In this document: piece by piece, positions 1-12,705 of the stretch
How the letters are laid out: the number at the start of each line of letters is the position of its first letter
Numbering within the stretch: the first letter of the stretch is position 1
Source: Lama glama
Lineage: Eukaryota
Direction: 5' to 3'
DNA length: 64,000 nucleotides
Assembly (NCBI GenBank): GCA_028534125.1
Contig: CM052817.1
Coordinates: 53,756,001-53,820,000, forward strand
Position numbers and translations under genes: made by a program
The notes under the pieces: generated by a model
Seen by the model: the letters and a program-made list of their open reading frames with translations, nothing else
Database searches by the model: none
What the model was told of the DNA's origin: nothing

Positions 1-499
1 CACTCTTATTAGTACACCATAGTAAGCATACTAATTAGGTGAACTTACAAGACTGATAAAATAATCATGGGGATATTACCTTTAAATATTTTAAATAAAA
101 TATTAACTTCATGGTATCAAGCAATATATATAATTCCATTTTCCATTTTCCAACTGGTTGTTTGAACTTTGGCATAGCAAAGGAAAAAAATTTAACTCTT
201 TCATCTCCTTATGAACAGATATACTTAGGGTCTAACATACTATCAGTATGCATTACAATCTTCCACCCTCCCAAGCCATTTAACAAAAAAAAACCCCAAA
301 ACATTTAGAAAAACAGCTCTATTAAGTATAACTAGGCACTGTATGGAAATGATAGACAGAATGTGAATTTCTGTTAGATAATAAAGAAAAGAAAAATGAC
401 TGCAGAAAGGAAAACACAAACTGTATAGGGATAGACTGAAATAGCAGGTAATGTTAATTTAAATATATATATTAGAGAATGAAAATATAACATATATAA

Positions 500-1270
500 C
501 AGGAGAAAATATTTGCAGAAAAATTTATAAATTTTTGTAATTAAACAAAGGACTAATATTTTGGATACTTGGGACTTCGGAGAACTCGCAGAAGTCAACA
601 GTAAAAAAGAGACAATCAACAACAAACAAAACAATTAGAAAAAACAATTAGAAAATGGGCCAAAGGTATAAACAGACATTTCATGGAAGAGGGTATACAG
701 GTGGCAAATAAGCTCATGAAAAGAACTATTATTAGCCATGAAGGAAATACAGATTAAAACCATAGTGAGATATCATTACACACTTAAAATAAAAATTATG
801 ATGACATGAAATGCTGGCATGGATGAAGACAAACAGGATCACTCATACTTTGCTGTTGGAAATATGAGATGGTACAGCTACTCTGAAAAACACTTTGTCC
901 GTTTCTTATAAAACTAAGTGTGCAATTACCAATACCACCCAGCAACTGTACTTTTGGACATTTATCCCAGAGAACTGGAAATTTATGATCACACAAAAAT
1001 CTATACATGAATGTTCAAGGCAGCTTTGTTTGTAATAGCCCCTAATGAGAAAAAGCACAGATGTCTTTCAACTGGTGGATGGTTAAATAGCCTGTGGCAC
1101 ATCCATACTATGGAATACTACTCAGCAATAAAAAGGAACAACTATCAATACACATAAAATAACCTGGATGAATTTCTAGAGAATTATACTGAGTAAAAGA
1201 GACAATTCAAAAGGTTATATACTGAATTATTCCATATATATATGTATATGTGTATGTGTGTGTGTGTATG

Positions 1271-1301
<31 letters not shown>

Positions 1302-1705
1302 CTTGAAATGACAGAATTACAGTAATGGAGAACAGATCAGTGGTTGCCAGGGTTTAAAAATGCAAAGAGGAGGGGAGTGGGATGGTCATAAAAGGGTAAC
1401 ATGAGGCATCCTGTGATGATGAAACTACTCTTATCTTGTCTATGGTGCTGTATACACAAACCTGCTCTTGTGATAGAGTTGTACTGAACTAAACACACAC
1501 ACACATAAACACAAACAAACACAAATACAATTAAATATAAATAAAATTGAAGATACGAACAAAGTTAGTGGGTTGTATCAAGTCAATATTCTGGCTGTGA
1601 CACTGTAGTGTAGTTTTACAAGATATTATTGAGGGAAACAGGGTAAAAGGTACATGATTTCATACAATTGCAAGTGAAGCTACAATTATTTCAAAGTAAC
1701 AAGTA
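500..1705 (+). mobile_element. Old LINE-1 3' fragment (ORF2 end and 3' UTR, L1MC/MD-like), decayed
   Basis: L1-typical strings: aaaatgggccaaaggtataaacagacatttc, ctcatactttgctgttggaaat, catccatactatggaatactactcagcaataaaaaggaac. No intact frame. Boundaries approximate. Confidence 0.85.
1233..1293. repeat. Compound (TA)n/(TG)n/(TA)n microsatellite within the L1
   Basis: catatatatatgtatatgtgtatgtgtgtgtgtgtatgtatatatatatatatatatatata. Confidence 0.9.
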
Positions 1706-2737
1706 ATTTATATTGAATGAGTAAAGCAAAAACATTTCGTGACTCATAGAAATGTTAAAAAAAATGAAAAGGGAAAACTTTGCCTTGGCAATTTAAATTT
1801 TTTCTTAATCATGGCTCTAAATTAAGTGTCATAAACATTTTAACCTCAAACTTGGGAACCTGAACTCTTGTTTAAAGGACAATTTTAAAGCTTGTTAAAT
1901 CTCTAGAACTAGAATGTTTCAGTTCTTTCAGGAAATATGCCATACATGTTTTCATCCTACACATTCTGCAAAGAACTAGCATAGAGCCATCACAGAAGTT
2001 TTCACTTACTATGTGATCAATGAATATTTGCTGAAATTGTACATCATATATATTTAAACGTCTTTACATGGTGACATGACTGAACTTGAATTTATCATAT
2101 CAATGGGTATATCAGGATATTATTTCCCACTGATGAATTAAATATATAGTACATTAGTAGCAAAAGCTAGAAAGAGTTGGCTATAGTGCCTTTCCGATAA
2201 GAAACAAATACTGAAAATCTTAAATATGGATATTGTTGTTATAGAGCATCTTTAACACTAATTGTTTGAGACAGGATTTGCTTGGCACAACATGTTTAAA
2301 AAGCAAAACACCTTAAATCATACTTGCTACCTACTATTTGTTTTTGTGGCCTTTTTTCAAGTGAAAAGGGGAAGCTGGTCTTCTAAGACAAGTAATTCCT
2401 TTCTAAAGTTACTGTAAATAAGCACTTAAATAGAAAATGAAAGGTGTGAGCAACTTAAAATGAACTGGGGTAAAACCTTAAAAATATAAAATTGCTCAAA
2501 TTCTTTACACTCCCTCCCAGACCAAGTAAGAATAAGATCTTTATGGCTGGGACTCACAACTGTATCTCCACACACTCTTCTTCATTTCTACACATTATTT
2601 AATTTGAACTAATTGGAAAACAAACAGCAGGCTGGTAAGATGGCAAACCACATTCCTCCTTGCTTCATATAGCTTATGAAAGAAAACATTCTTTTGTTTT
2701 TTTCCTATGCTGATGTAGAAGAAGATGATCTGCTTAC

Positions 2738-2900
2738 AAGTTCTCATCAAAAGAAAAAAATATATAACTAGCTATGGTGATGAATGTTAACGAGACTCAT
2801 TGTGGTGACCATTTCACAATATATACAAACACTGAGTTATGCTATGTACCCAAAACTAACATAATGTTATATGTCAATTTATCTCAATTTAAAAAATAAA
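2738..2900 (+). mobile_element. Short 5'-truncated L1 3' end (L1MA-like)
   Basis: ggtgatgaatgttaac...ttgtggtgaccatttcacaatatatac...ataatgttatatgtcaatttatctcaat followed by an A-rich tail. Confidence 0.8.
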
Positions 2901-4059
2901 TGATAAAATAATTTAACTTAAAAAATGACCTATAATTTAGCATAAGGAAACAATTGAGTTGGGAAGAATCAAGCGTAAGCAAGAAGCAGGTGATTCAATA
3001 TTTTGGTTTCTGCTTAGCATTTAGGTTATTAAAAAGCAAATAATATAAGAACAAAAAGAAGTTTAATCATACAAAAATGGAGTTCCATAATGGTATTCTA
3101 ATGAAGCTTTCCAAATTTGTATAATCTATGTGGTTATACTTTCCTAACATAAAGTTCCTTTTCAGTTTTTCCTAGTGTTTTTCTAATTTTTGAATGTACT
3201 TGAAAGCCCTTTAATCAGTGAAACCTACTAATGTAGGAAGACAGTTTTAAAGTTCACTTATTTATCATTAATTTCTGCTAGGCTGGAAAGGCCAGCAACA
3301 ATAGAAATGGATTAGTTTATGGCTGTATTATGACACAATATTGGTGAAATGGAACAATATTCACTCTCTGTCATGTGGCTCTGGTAAGTTGCTTCCTCAG
3401 ATCGCATGCAATCCAGAATCAGCCATTTGTAGCAGAATTAGTGCTGCTGTACTAATAATACACAGTTGTACTGAGTGACCTGATTGGAGAACCACCTGCT
3501 GTTAAACCTAAAAACATATAAACATAAAATTGTTTAAACATAACAATAAAACCAATTTCCTCTTTATCTTTTTTTCATGACAGAAAAAGAATCACCATTT
3601 AAATTAAGTTGCTTTCTTACTATCATTCATTTTTATTCCTCCTGTACCATTTGAAACCAATGTAACTAGCAACACTGAAACTAACTTTAGTCCTAAAAGT
3701 GGAGATTTATAACACAGGTGAGGGCCCAGTAACAGGAACTACAGAATAGGATGTGGAGTTTGCTGATTAATATTTTGCAAAGAGTATAAGGTTATGAATA
3801 AGCTCTATGGGTTTGCCGGTTTGAAAGAATGAAGGAGATGTCTGAATAATCGAACAATTATCTCTCCTTTGATTCACTCAGTGTAAAAAGTTAATACTTT
3901 TTTATGGACAGTCATGGCTTGGAGTGACCCCAAGAGGCCATTTTTCCTGTCGCCATTCCAAACAAGTACAATTTTCCTAGAAGGTGTTACCTACAGTATC
4001 CACTCACATTTAGGCATTTCAGTTATACTTCTGAAAGACAGCAATGACTGTGCTTAAAA

Positions 4060-4400
4060 AAACCCCCAATTGTTGCCAATGCCTAGATTTCTTATCTAAA
4101 ACCTGAAAAGAACCTGTCCTCCTTCACCTTTTAAGTGCACACTTTTGTCTTTTCCCTGTAGCTGCACTGCATTTCACTTGTCGTTTGCCCAAGTCTATTC
4201 TGTTTGCTTCTGGTTGTCTCTCCAATTTACTCGGGTCACTTTGAATTCTGATACGATTTTCCAAGGTTCTGTCCATCCTGTCTCTTCCTCTTCCCTCCAA
4301 CTAACTTCTGATTTGTTAAGTTCCCTTCTAATAGCTGTGAAATTGCTGAAGACTTCTCAGAAGATCAGTGTTTACAGACCATCTGTCACAGCTTTTCAGC
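4060..4400 (-). mobile_element. Probable very old CR1/L3 LINE fragment
   Basis: The pyrimidine-rich stretch ttgaattctgatacgattttccaagg...ttctgatttgttaagttcccttctaat resembles the antisense of the CR1 RT core. Recognised from memory only. Confidence 0.4.
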
Positions 4401-6249
4401 TGAATAGTTAAGCTTACTGGTTAGTCAGTCTGAAGACACAAATAAGTTGACGTTGGTGGGTAAGTAGAAGGGGAAGATTGTTACAGCGCAATGTATGTGA
4501 AAAGAACATTTATGTACCAATGTCACTGGGATGTAAACCCCAGGAAAACAGGGAATACATAGGATTTTTTCACTGTTCTATACCACATGTTTAGAACAGT
4601 TCTTAGAGCTCAATAATTATTTGCTTAATTAATAAAAAAATTTATGTGACATCTACAGCATTTTGAAAATACGAAAACTAAAACCAAGTTATTTTATCAA
4701 TTATGAGCAGTTTTATAATTTGAGTAAATTTTTAAAGAGAGCCATTTGTCTAATACCTAACGTGATTTACATTCTTCTAACACTATGCCAAGGACCATAA
4801 CACTGAAACTTTTAAAGCAAAGATAAATACTCATATAACTATTTGGAAATACAAAATGCTACCTGAATACTAGCTGCAGATAATAATTAGAGGGGAAAAA
4901 ACAACACAACCTGCCATGACTCAAAATAAAAAACTCAAATAGGGTAAAAAAGCTCAAGATGGCTAGGTAAAAATAGATGTTATCTAATTCCTTGACTCTC
5001 AAAATCCTGGCTACAGTCTAGTCAACCTGCTTATTTGCTATCAGAAACAAGGGTTAGCTCTTTAATAAAAGCATGGAAAAAGAATTAACATTGAATTTCA
5101 GCATATGTGAATCATCAACAAGGCTGTCAACAGAGGACCAAGAACAAAATCTTTATTTCTGGCGAAAGCGTGATAGAAAACAAACAGAATTTTCATATTA
5201 CATACTGAAAAACTTAGGGAAGTTTTTCTGACAAATTTTTGTAAATCAGACTTTTAAGCTACTGAAAAAGATTAAGTATAAAATCAAAGAGAGAGTCATT
5301 TTAAAAAGAGGTTCTTTTATTCTCTTTTTTTAACCTTACATCTGAAGATTGAGGTTGATATAAGTTTGTGAATGAAAGAAATTTGAATGGAATAATGAGT
5401 ATCCTCTTTTCAAACGTATAGTTTTACCACAAAACTGTTACATTTCTTTCATTTTGAAAATCAAACAGGTGTTTATGACTACTGGGACTCCCTGAATGAC
5501 AGCACTGCCTAGGCCAGTTCAGTGTGATACATGTGATTGAGGACTGAAAATCTACAGCAGATCTGTGTGCTTTGAAATTGTGAAGAACAGATTTGAAAAA
5601 GATGAGAGCTGGATCTCACTTGAATCTATATTGTATCATTCAGAAACTTAATTCAAACACCATTTCTTCTTGACAGCAGGCTAACAAAAGTATACGGAAA
5701 AGCTCTTAAAATAAACTGAAATGTCATGCTGCTTTGCCCCACACTTCATTTTTTAAAAAATGTACTTACATTCTTATTTGATCATATTAAACGGGCGATG
5801 TTTTATAATTCAAGATCTAATGGCGATCTAATGAAACAACTGAATACAAGCATACTTTAACAATCATGTGCCAATACACCTCAATTTTCAAATTCTAATG
5901 TATAAATATATAGAATGGTAAGTGTTCTGTTTATTTTATTTCAAAAAAGAGTTTTACCCAGATGATTCTCTCTTCCTTAATGTGCCTCATCCTCCATTCA
6001 ATTCCCTTATCGTTCTCTCTCCCTTGGTTTGACATATTTTTCTTTTATGAAGTCATTTCCACTATATATGTTGGCTGATGTATGCAAGTCAGAGTTATAT
6101 ACAAAGCAGAGTTACAACTGAGTGATGCCTTTGCGCTTCTGCCTTCAGACATTAATTTTGGCCCCAAATGGAGAGTTCATTTTGTACAAGTAAAAATAGT
6201 TTCATGTACGATGGTATTTTCTATAGAATAATAATACTAACTTCAGTAT

Positions 6250-6445
6250 AAGGCAAGGAGTCTTTCACAGGAGATGGTGTCTATGAAACTGTGGAACCCT
6301 TAAAATTGTGTGTAAAATGCTTTAGGTCTATGTGCGCTCAGTTGTGCACAAACACACAGACACACACAGACACACACACACCCCTTCATTTCTTTCTGGT
6401 GAAAGGATTCTGTGGCTTTTATTTCTTTTTCAAAGAGTTAAGAAA
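6250..6445. mobile_element. hAT-Charlie-type MITE fragment with an internal (CA)n
   Basis: gtctatgaaactgtggaacccttaaaattgtgtgtaaaat...ttctggtgaaaggattctgtggctttt...gagttaagaa. An imperfect CA run lies at ~6350-6381. Confidence 0.45.
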
Positions 6446-7689
6446 AGTGGTATAAAGGAAAAAAGATGTATCTCTTTCTTTAGTAAGTAATTATAAATAA
6501 GAAAAGAGGAAAAAGTGAATCAAAAGTAGTCAAAATATCTTAGATATATAAGTATCACCTAATCAATTGCAATATAACACAATGGAGGAAGGCTATAGCT
6601 CAGAATTTACAACAAAATAAGATTCTAAAATTGTCTGCTCTACTATCATCACTCAATACATAAAGAAACACAGGTCCAGAGAAACTCATAATTTATTCAA
6701 TGTCACACATGGCTTTGGTAGTTTTACTTAAACACATTTAAATCAGTGATTCTCAAACATATTTTTAATCATCTTCTTCCAAAAATATGTTTCAGCAAAA
6801 TTTTACTAGAGACTTAATAGAAGTGTATTACTTTTTCTCATATGCTTTTCTGTAATGTCCAATTATTTTATTTTCATATTCATGTGTTAATTTACATAAT
6901 ATAAATAAAGAAAAATAAAAGTAAATAGAGAAAAGAGACTTCTAGAACTATGGAGAACTGATCCAATAGGTATTTTCTATTTTAAATATTTTGTTTCCTA
7001 TTTTTTGCTTTTCTGTGTAACAAAACAATTTCAACACACACGCAGTCTACAGAGAGTGTAAGCAATGATTAGCTCAATTTAAAGGGCTACTTTATAAAAC
7101 AGAGACAGCCATATTAATCAGGACTAAGTTGTTTATAATAAAAAATAAAACTAAAAAAACTGCATGCTATCCTTAAAAGTTATATGAAACAAATTTTAAA
7201 GCCACAGAAACCATACTTTTATATTTTTACTGCTTTTATCCACACAATTAATGAAATTACAAAGTGTTAAAGAAGAAATGTTTTATTGAAAGCCAAGAGC
7301 TCTTTCATCATTTTTTTTCTAAAGTCATAAATTGAAGAGCTGACATCTTGATTTATCACACTGTGCACTTTTAATAGCCAACAAGTTTGCTATTAAATTT
7401 TAATCAACCTGCCTATTAAATTTCTTTCAAATGGTTCAGAGATACTTTAGCTTCTTTTAATAGCTAATTCATTCGCTGGGAATATACTAATATGGGTTTC
7501 AATGACAACTTTTCTCCAGAGTACAGACTGGATTATTGTTAGCTCAGTATAAAACAAAATATTCTGGATGCAGAGGTATTGCCTGTATTTTAATATATAA
7601 ATTCCGAGCTTTAGAATTGGGAACCCTACAAATTACCTATTCTATTCTCTCTTATTTTGCACTAATTGGCTTTATACGTGTCTTCTTGC

Positions 7690-8290
7690 CTAGATACATG
7701 AGTTTTTCTACAATCAATACTTACAAGTCAAATTACTGGGTCATATGTTGTCCACGTTTTCAATTTACAATGTATTGCCAAAATGCTATCAAATGTGTTT
7801 GTATCACTTCACACTTCCACAGACAGTGTATATTTCTTAAATTCTCACTAGGGCTTGTTATTGTCAGACTGATTTTGCCAATTTGACTGAGTATGAAACA
7901 TCTCATATTACTGTTACACTTTGCATTTTCCTGACTACCAGAGAGATGGTGTAACTTTTCGTTTGTTTATTGGCTGTAAGGGTTTCCCATTCTGTGAATT
8001 GCCTGTTCCTATCTGTTGCCCAGATATATTTTAGGTTACTGAATTTTATTTATTGATTTGTAGACATTCTTTGTACAATGTAGTCACTAACATTTTGTTA
8101 CACGTGTTGTTTTACTTCCTTCCAGTAGCTAACCTGTTTTGAGTACTGTTTAAATTTTGAGATAAGAATCTTTTCTGTAGTTTTCTTACACTTTATGATC
8201 TTTCTTATTTTGTTATTTTGTTTTTTAAGAATTCCTTCTTTAGCCTAAAATCTAAGATATATTTTTTCTAATCTTTAAAGTATTTTATAC
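7690..8290 (-). mobile_element. Old LINE-1 fragment (L1ME-like), sense to ADGRL3
   Basis: aattactgggtcatatg, tttgcattttcctgactacc, gtttattggctgtaagggtttcccattctgtgaattgcctgttc. Confidence 0.75.
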
Positions 8291-8314
8291 ACACACACAC
8301 ACACACACACACAC
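8289..8314. repeat. (AC)13 microsatellite followed by a T run
   Basis: Read directly from the sequence. Confidence 0.95.
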
Positions 8315-11300
8315 ATTTTTTTTTTGCCATGAAATTCAACACAATCCAGTTGCGTTGTGTATGAAGAAACTGATGCCATTAGATATTCACTGTTGTTTTT
8401 TTTCCATAATTACAGAGCTGCTCAGAGATCTTTGGTTTTCTGACTGTGGATTGCAACTCAGAATTCTCGATGAATCTTTGCTTCACAATATAGGAGGTGG
8501 TTGGTCTACAGTGGAAATGATGAACTATACTACTCAGTCAATCATCTGGAAAACTCATCTTTTGTGTTCAAAGGCATGTATTTCTGTGTGCTTTTAACTT
8601 GGGCATTTAAAATACATTGGTATAGTACTCAAAACAAAGAATACTGAGCCTAAAGATAATGGGCCATGCACTTAACCACAGGATAAATGGAAGTAAACCA
8701 CAGTTCTTTTCAGTAAGAATTAGTATGTAGTATGTGGTATGTAGGCATTCCCACAGCTTTATTTATTTGTAAATCACATACTGGTTTGCATTTCTGCTGA
8801 ATAAAAGAAACCTCAGAACAAATAAATTATAATAACTATTTAAACATATAAAATATTTTACCAATTTGAAGAAAATAAAATTTTCTGCATAATTCTCTGC
8901 CCTGTATTGGCATATTTTCTTATATTGTGCAAATTATATGAACTCACATGCAGAAAGTCTATCCTGGCTAAAATCTGAATTTAAAATTCGAAACTTTATT
9001 TGAAAAAAGTATGCCTGAGAAAAGTAGGTATGAATTAAAACAAGGTATCTATGAATAAAAAGTCTTGATGATGCTGTTCAGAGAAGGCTTATTTTGTCAT
9101 GTAATCATAATCAGCTCTGTTCTGTTTAGACTGAGGTTGTTTCAGGAAACATACTGTTTCTATTTTTCTACATCAAGACTAATTCTCTTCCTTCAATCTG
9201 TATATCATCCTAAATCCTTCTTAATTCTCCGGTGATTTTCTGAGGTTGTAAATTACTTTCTATGAATGTGGTGGTAACTTGTCCTAGTTTTTGAAGCACC
9301 CACACTCCTTACAATAATAAATTATGAGGAAAACCTATTATGGAGATCATAGGACGGTATCACATAAACACTTACTTTTACATGGTGTGCAGTATGTAAG
9401 GTTGAACTATGCAAGTGCAAGCCTCCAGCAGGGGCTGTTTTACTTGGATACTACACAGTTACCAGTGAGGGCAACTTAAGTATCCTTTTTTCCCAATAGG
9501 GATACTTTCACTTTCAAGATATAAGATACAGGTTAATATAATCTATTTCTTAGAAAAAATAATTTCAAAAAGTGATTTCTCTGTTAGTCAACTTTTTATA
9601 TTATATACTGTATTTATATCATCACAACCTTTATGTCTATAATACAGTAGGAATATTTTTCCAAGTGAGACGTACAGTCTGGTTTTGCTTGTTTCTAAAT
9701 TTTGAATATAAGACATTTCATAGTTTTTATTAAAACTGGAAGTGGCATATAAAAGTAATAAGTTTAATTTATAATATTATCGCTACCTATTTGAAGTCAA
9801 CTCAAATAGATTTCCTACTTGTTTGAGGCATTATTACATTGTCCGGAGAGAAGACAGTTTCAAGGAATATGAAATTCAGGAGCACAAAGATTTTTGGAAA
9901 GTTGTATCTTTGGTTCTATTACTAAATGATTACAGGCAAAAGCTATATACCTGAATTTTTAACACAATCTTTGCTGTGACCAAAATGTTCATCCTTTTAC
10001 TAAAATACAAAAAATGGAAAATTCAAGATTAAAGTATCTAATAAAACATCTTGAGTCTTTTGGTATTTGGGAACTTCCAGCAGAGAAGAAGGATTACAAA
10101 ATTCTTGCAACTTAAGTCCCACAATTGGACAGTTATGTATAGTATATTCAGCCTATTCCATAATGAATAGCTTTGTAAAAGAAATGTAACTGGTCAATTA
10201 TCTCCCCATATATTCAGAATATTCTAAAGCTTTCCTTTCCCTAAATGAATAGGATGGATCCAGACTAAAGAACTATACTTTGAAGAAAATAAAGTAGAAA
10301 GAAATGAATAGCACATCAAGGAAATTAAGAAATAAAGATGTGAATAATTGTGCTTTAAGAATATCTTATTTCTATATAAGGTGATAAAAATCACTCTGAA
10401 ATACATTCTTGGAAAATATCCTTATTCTAATCTTCAGCAAGCTTCATGAAAAACTATCATTATAAGAAAAGAGTGAATATTTTTATTACTGTAAGTAGGG
10501 CTTTTTGATCAGAAAGATCTTGTTCAGAATCTAGATTTCATCTTTATTAAGCATATGATTTTGGACAAGCTACCAAGAAACCCAGGTTCTTCATGGACAT
10601 AAGATAATGGATAACAAAATAATATCACAAACTGATCAAGATTATAAAGAGGCATATTGTCCTATCAGAGAAAAGAATACCAGTCATTTCTGAAGATAAG
10701 CTGGAGTATCCACATTTAGTTCTCAAAAAAAGATGCTGTTTAGAATTACATCCTCAGCAACCTATACAAAACAAAAGTAATATTCCAAAACTAACTGGAA
10801 ATGTTCTATAGCACTATATTTAGAAGTTATCAAAGTATCTCACTATGGTTTGTTTGATTTTGAATAAAGAGGTAAGAGATACTGTTAACTATATACAAAG
10901 CAATAAGGGCAATAGAATAATAAACCATAAAAGTGAGGAACCTACTCAACATAAATAGCCCTCTTTGTGAAGGGATCTTTGAAAGCTATAATAATAATAA
11001 TAAATTAAAAGAATGTTTACTATTGTATAGTTGGCTGTCAGAGGTTGAATGATTTGAAGAATTCGTAACAAAGAGACAAAGTTAGAAGCAAAACATAAAA
11101 AGGTCTTACTAGGGCAAACATTTTCAGTTTTTCTTTTTCAGTTCTTGCTAATAACTTATAGCAAGAACATTTCCCCCTGACTGACTAAAAATCAGTGTTT
11201 AATATATTTCATTTTGCAAGAAGAGTTCATTCTGAAAATTATTTGGTCTCCTTGAGTTGGGAATCAGGACATTAATAGCAGTGTTTAATTATCTATTTGA

Positions 11301-12549
11301 CGCAGCATTTCACTTTTAAAATTTGTACATATTTTGCTTTTGTGTATAAAACTGATTTTCCTAAAACAGAGGAGTTCCTTATTTTATTGTACATTTTCTG
11401 ATTATGTCTTTATTGAGGACACATCAAAGGAAAGAAATTAACACAGAAAATACTGTTGCCTCATTTACAATGAAGAATATAAAGAACACAAAGGTGAATC
11501 TCAAATGAAAAACGTGTCCATGCCATAGGATACTTCTTATATTTGCACTCATATCATTGCAATACTTGTTCATAACAAAAAGTAATTTGTTACACAGGCT
11601 AGCCTAATTTGTTAGTCATGCAACTATTCTTAGGCATATCATTAACTAACTGTTTCTAAAATTCCACAAATAGATGTCAGATTATATCAGGATCTGGTTT
11701 CTATTACAACCAATGATTTTACAATCATTCAAAACAGCAAGGTTTTGGGGGAGATATGATATATTTTATGCATATAAGTCAAATTATATTTACTGGCATT
11801 AACAAGGTGGAGTGAATGAGTATGAGTGTTCACCTTAGTAGCTTTAATTCACAGAATCATTAATTGCAGTGAAACACCACTTACACTTTTCATTTGTATT
11901 TTTCCTTACAAACATAAAACCAAACTATGTTTAGTAGCCTGAATATCAATGAGATGGCAGGTGATTTACTGTGAAGTTTCTTCTGCCCCAGTGACCATCC
12001 TCCTGGGAAAGACAATACAGGCTCTGGGAAGACATGAGTTTAAAAAAGGAATGAAGGGATCACATCCCTATTCTGCTACACAGCGGGGTGTTCAGCACGG
12101 CTGTCTGAATTGAACTAGTGCTCGCTATGCTTCTGAAGCGGTAGGATGGGGCTTGGAGGAAAGGAAGCCAGTGTCTGCTTATATTGTTCTCTCAGGTAAG
12201 GAGAAGAAGTATTTTACTTTTATTTCTTCAACGCTGAAGTATAGTTATAAATCAAAAGTGGAAGTACAACTAGGCAGATGTAATTTGCAGTTAATTTCTA
12301 ATTTAAAAGAGACAATTCAAGTCTTATTAGTTTATTTCTTTTTGTTAGCCTCAAGGGGAACATCATCTTAGGTAAATTATTATTTCTTTTGACATTCAGG
12401 TAACCACATCATTCCTCCCACCTATTAGCAGAAAATAAAAAAGGAAAGGAAATCTTCAGTAGGAAAGATGAATTTTAATACCCGATTACTTGAAATCACT
12501 GCCAAGGACCAGTTTTCTTTGTTAGAAAATATAAGTGAACTTCTGAATA

Positions 12550-12705
12550 AAATAATAATAATAATAATAGTACTTATTATATTCCTGGCACTGTTGTAAG
12601 CAATTAGCATATACTAACTCAGCCCACTCAAGGTCCCTCTGAATGGGGTACTATTTATATCTCTATTGCACAGACACTGAGAAGTTGAGCAATCTACCAA
12701 ACTCC
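12550..12705 (-). mobile_element. MIR SINE
   Basis: (aat)n followed by cctggcactgttgtaagc ... ggtactatttatatctctattgcacaga ... agttgagcaatctaccaa. Confidence 0.65.

Noticed and set aside
2640..2660. ATGGCAAACCAC (MANH), resembling the start of another LPHN3 tail cassette
   Set aside because: It is on the wrong strand and the similarity does not continue. That exon and the terminal exons are not found in the window.
9425..9437. CTCF-like CCAGCAGGGGCTG (and CCACTAGGGGTAT at ~59651)
   Set aside because: Both miss the conserved GGC at core positions 10-12, so they are too weak to call.
12180..12405. Three plus-strand YAG|GTAA junction-like motifs resembling recursive splice sites
   Set aside because: They are on the non-transcribed strand, and the window gives no evidence for a plus-strand transcript.
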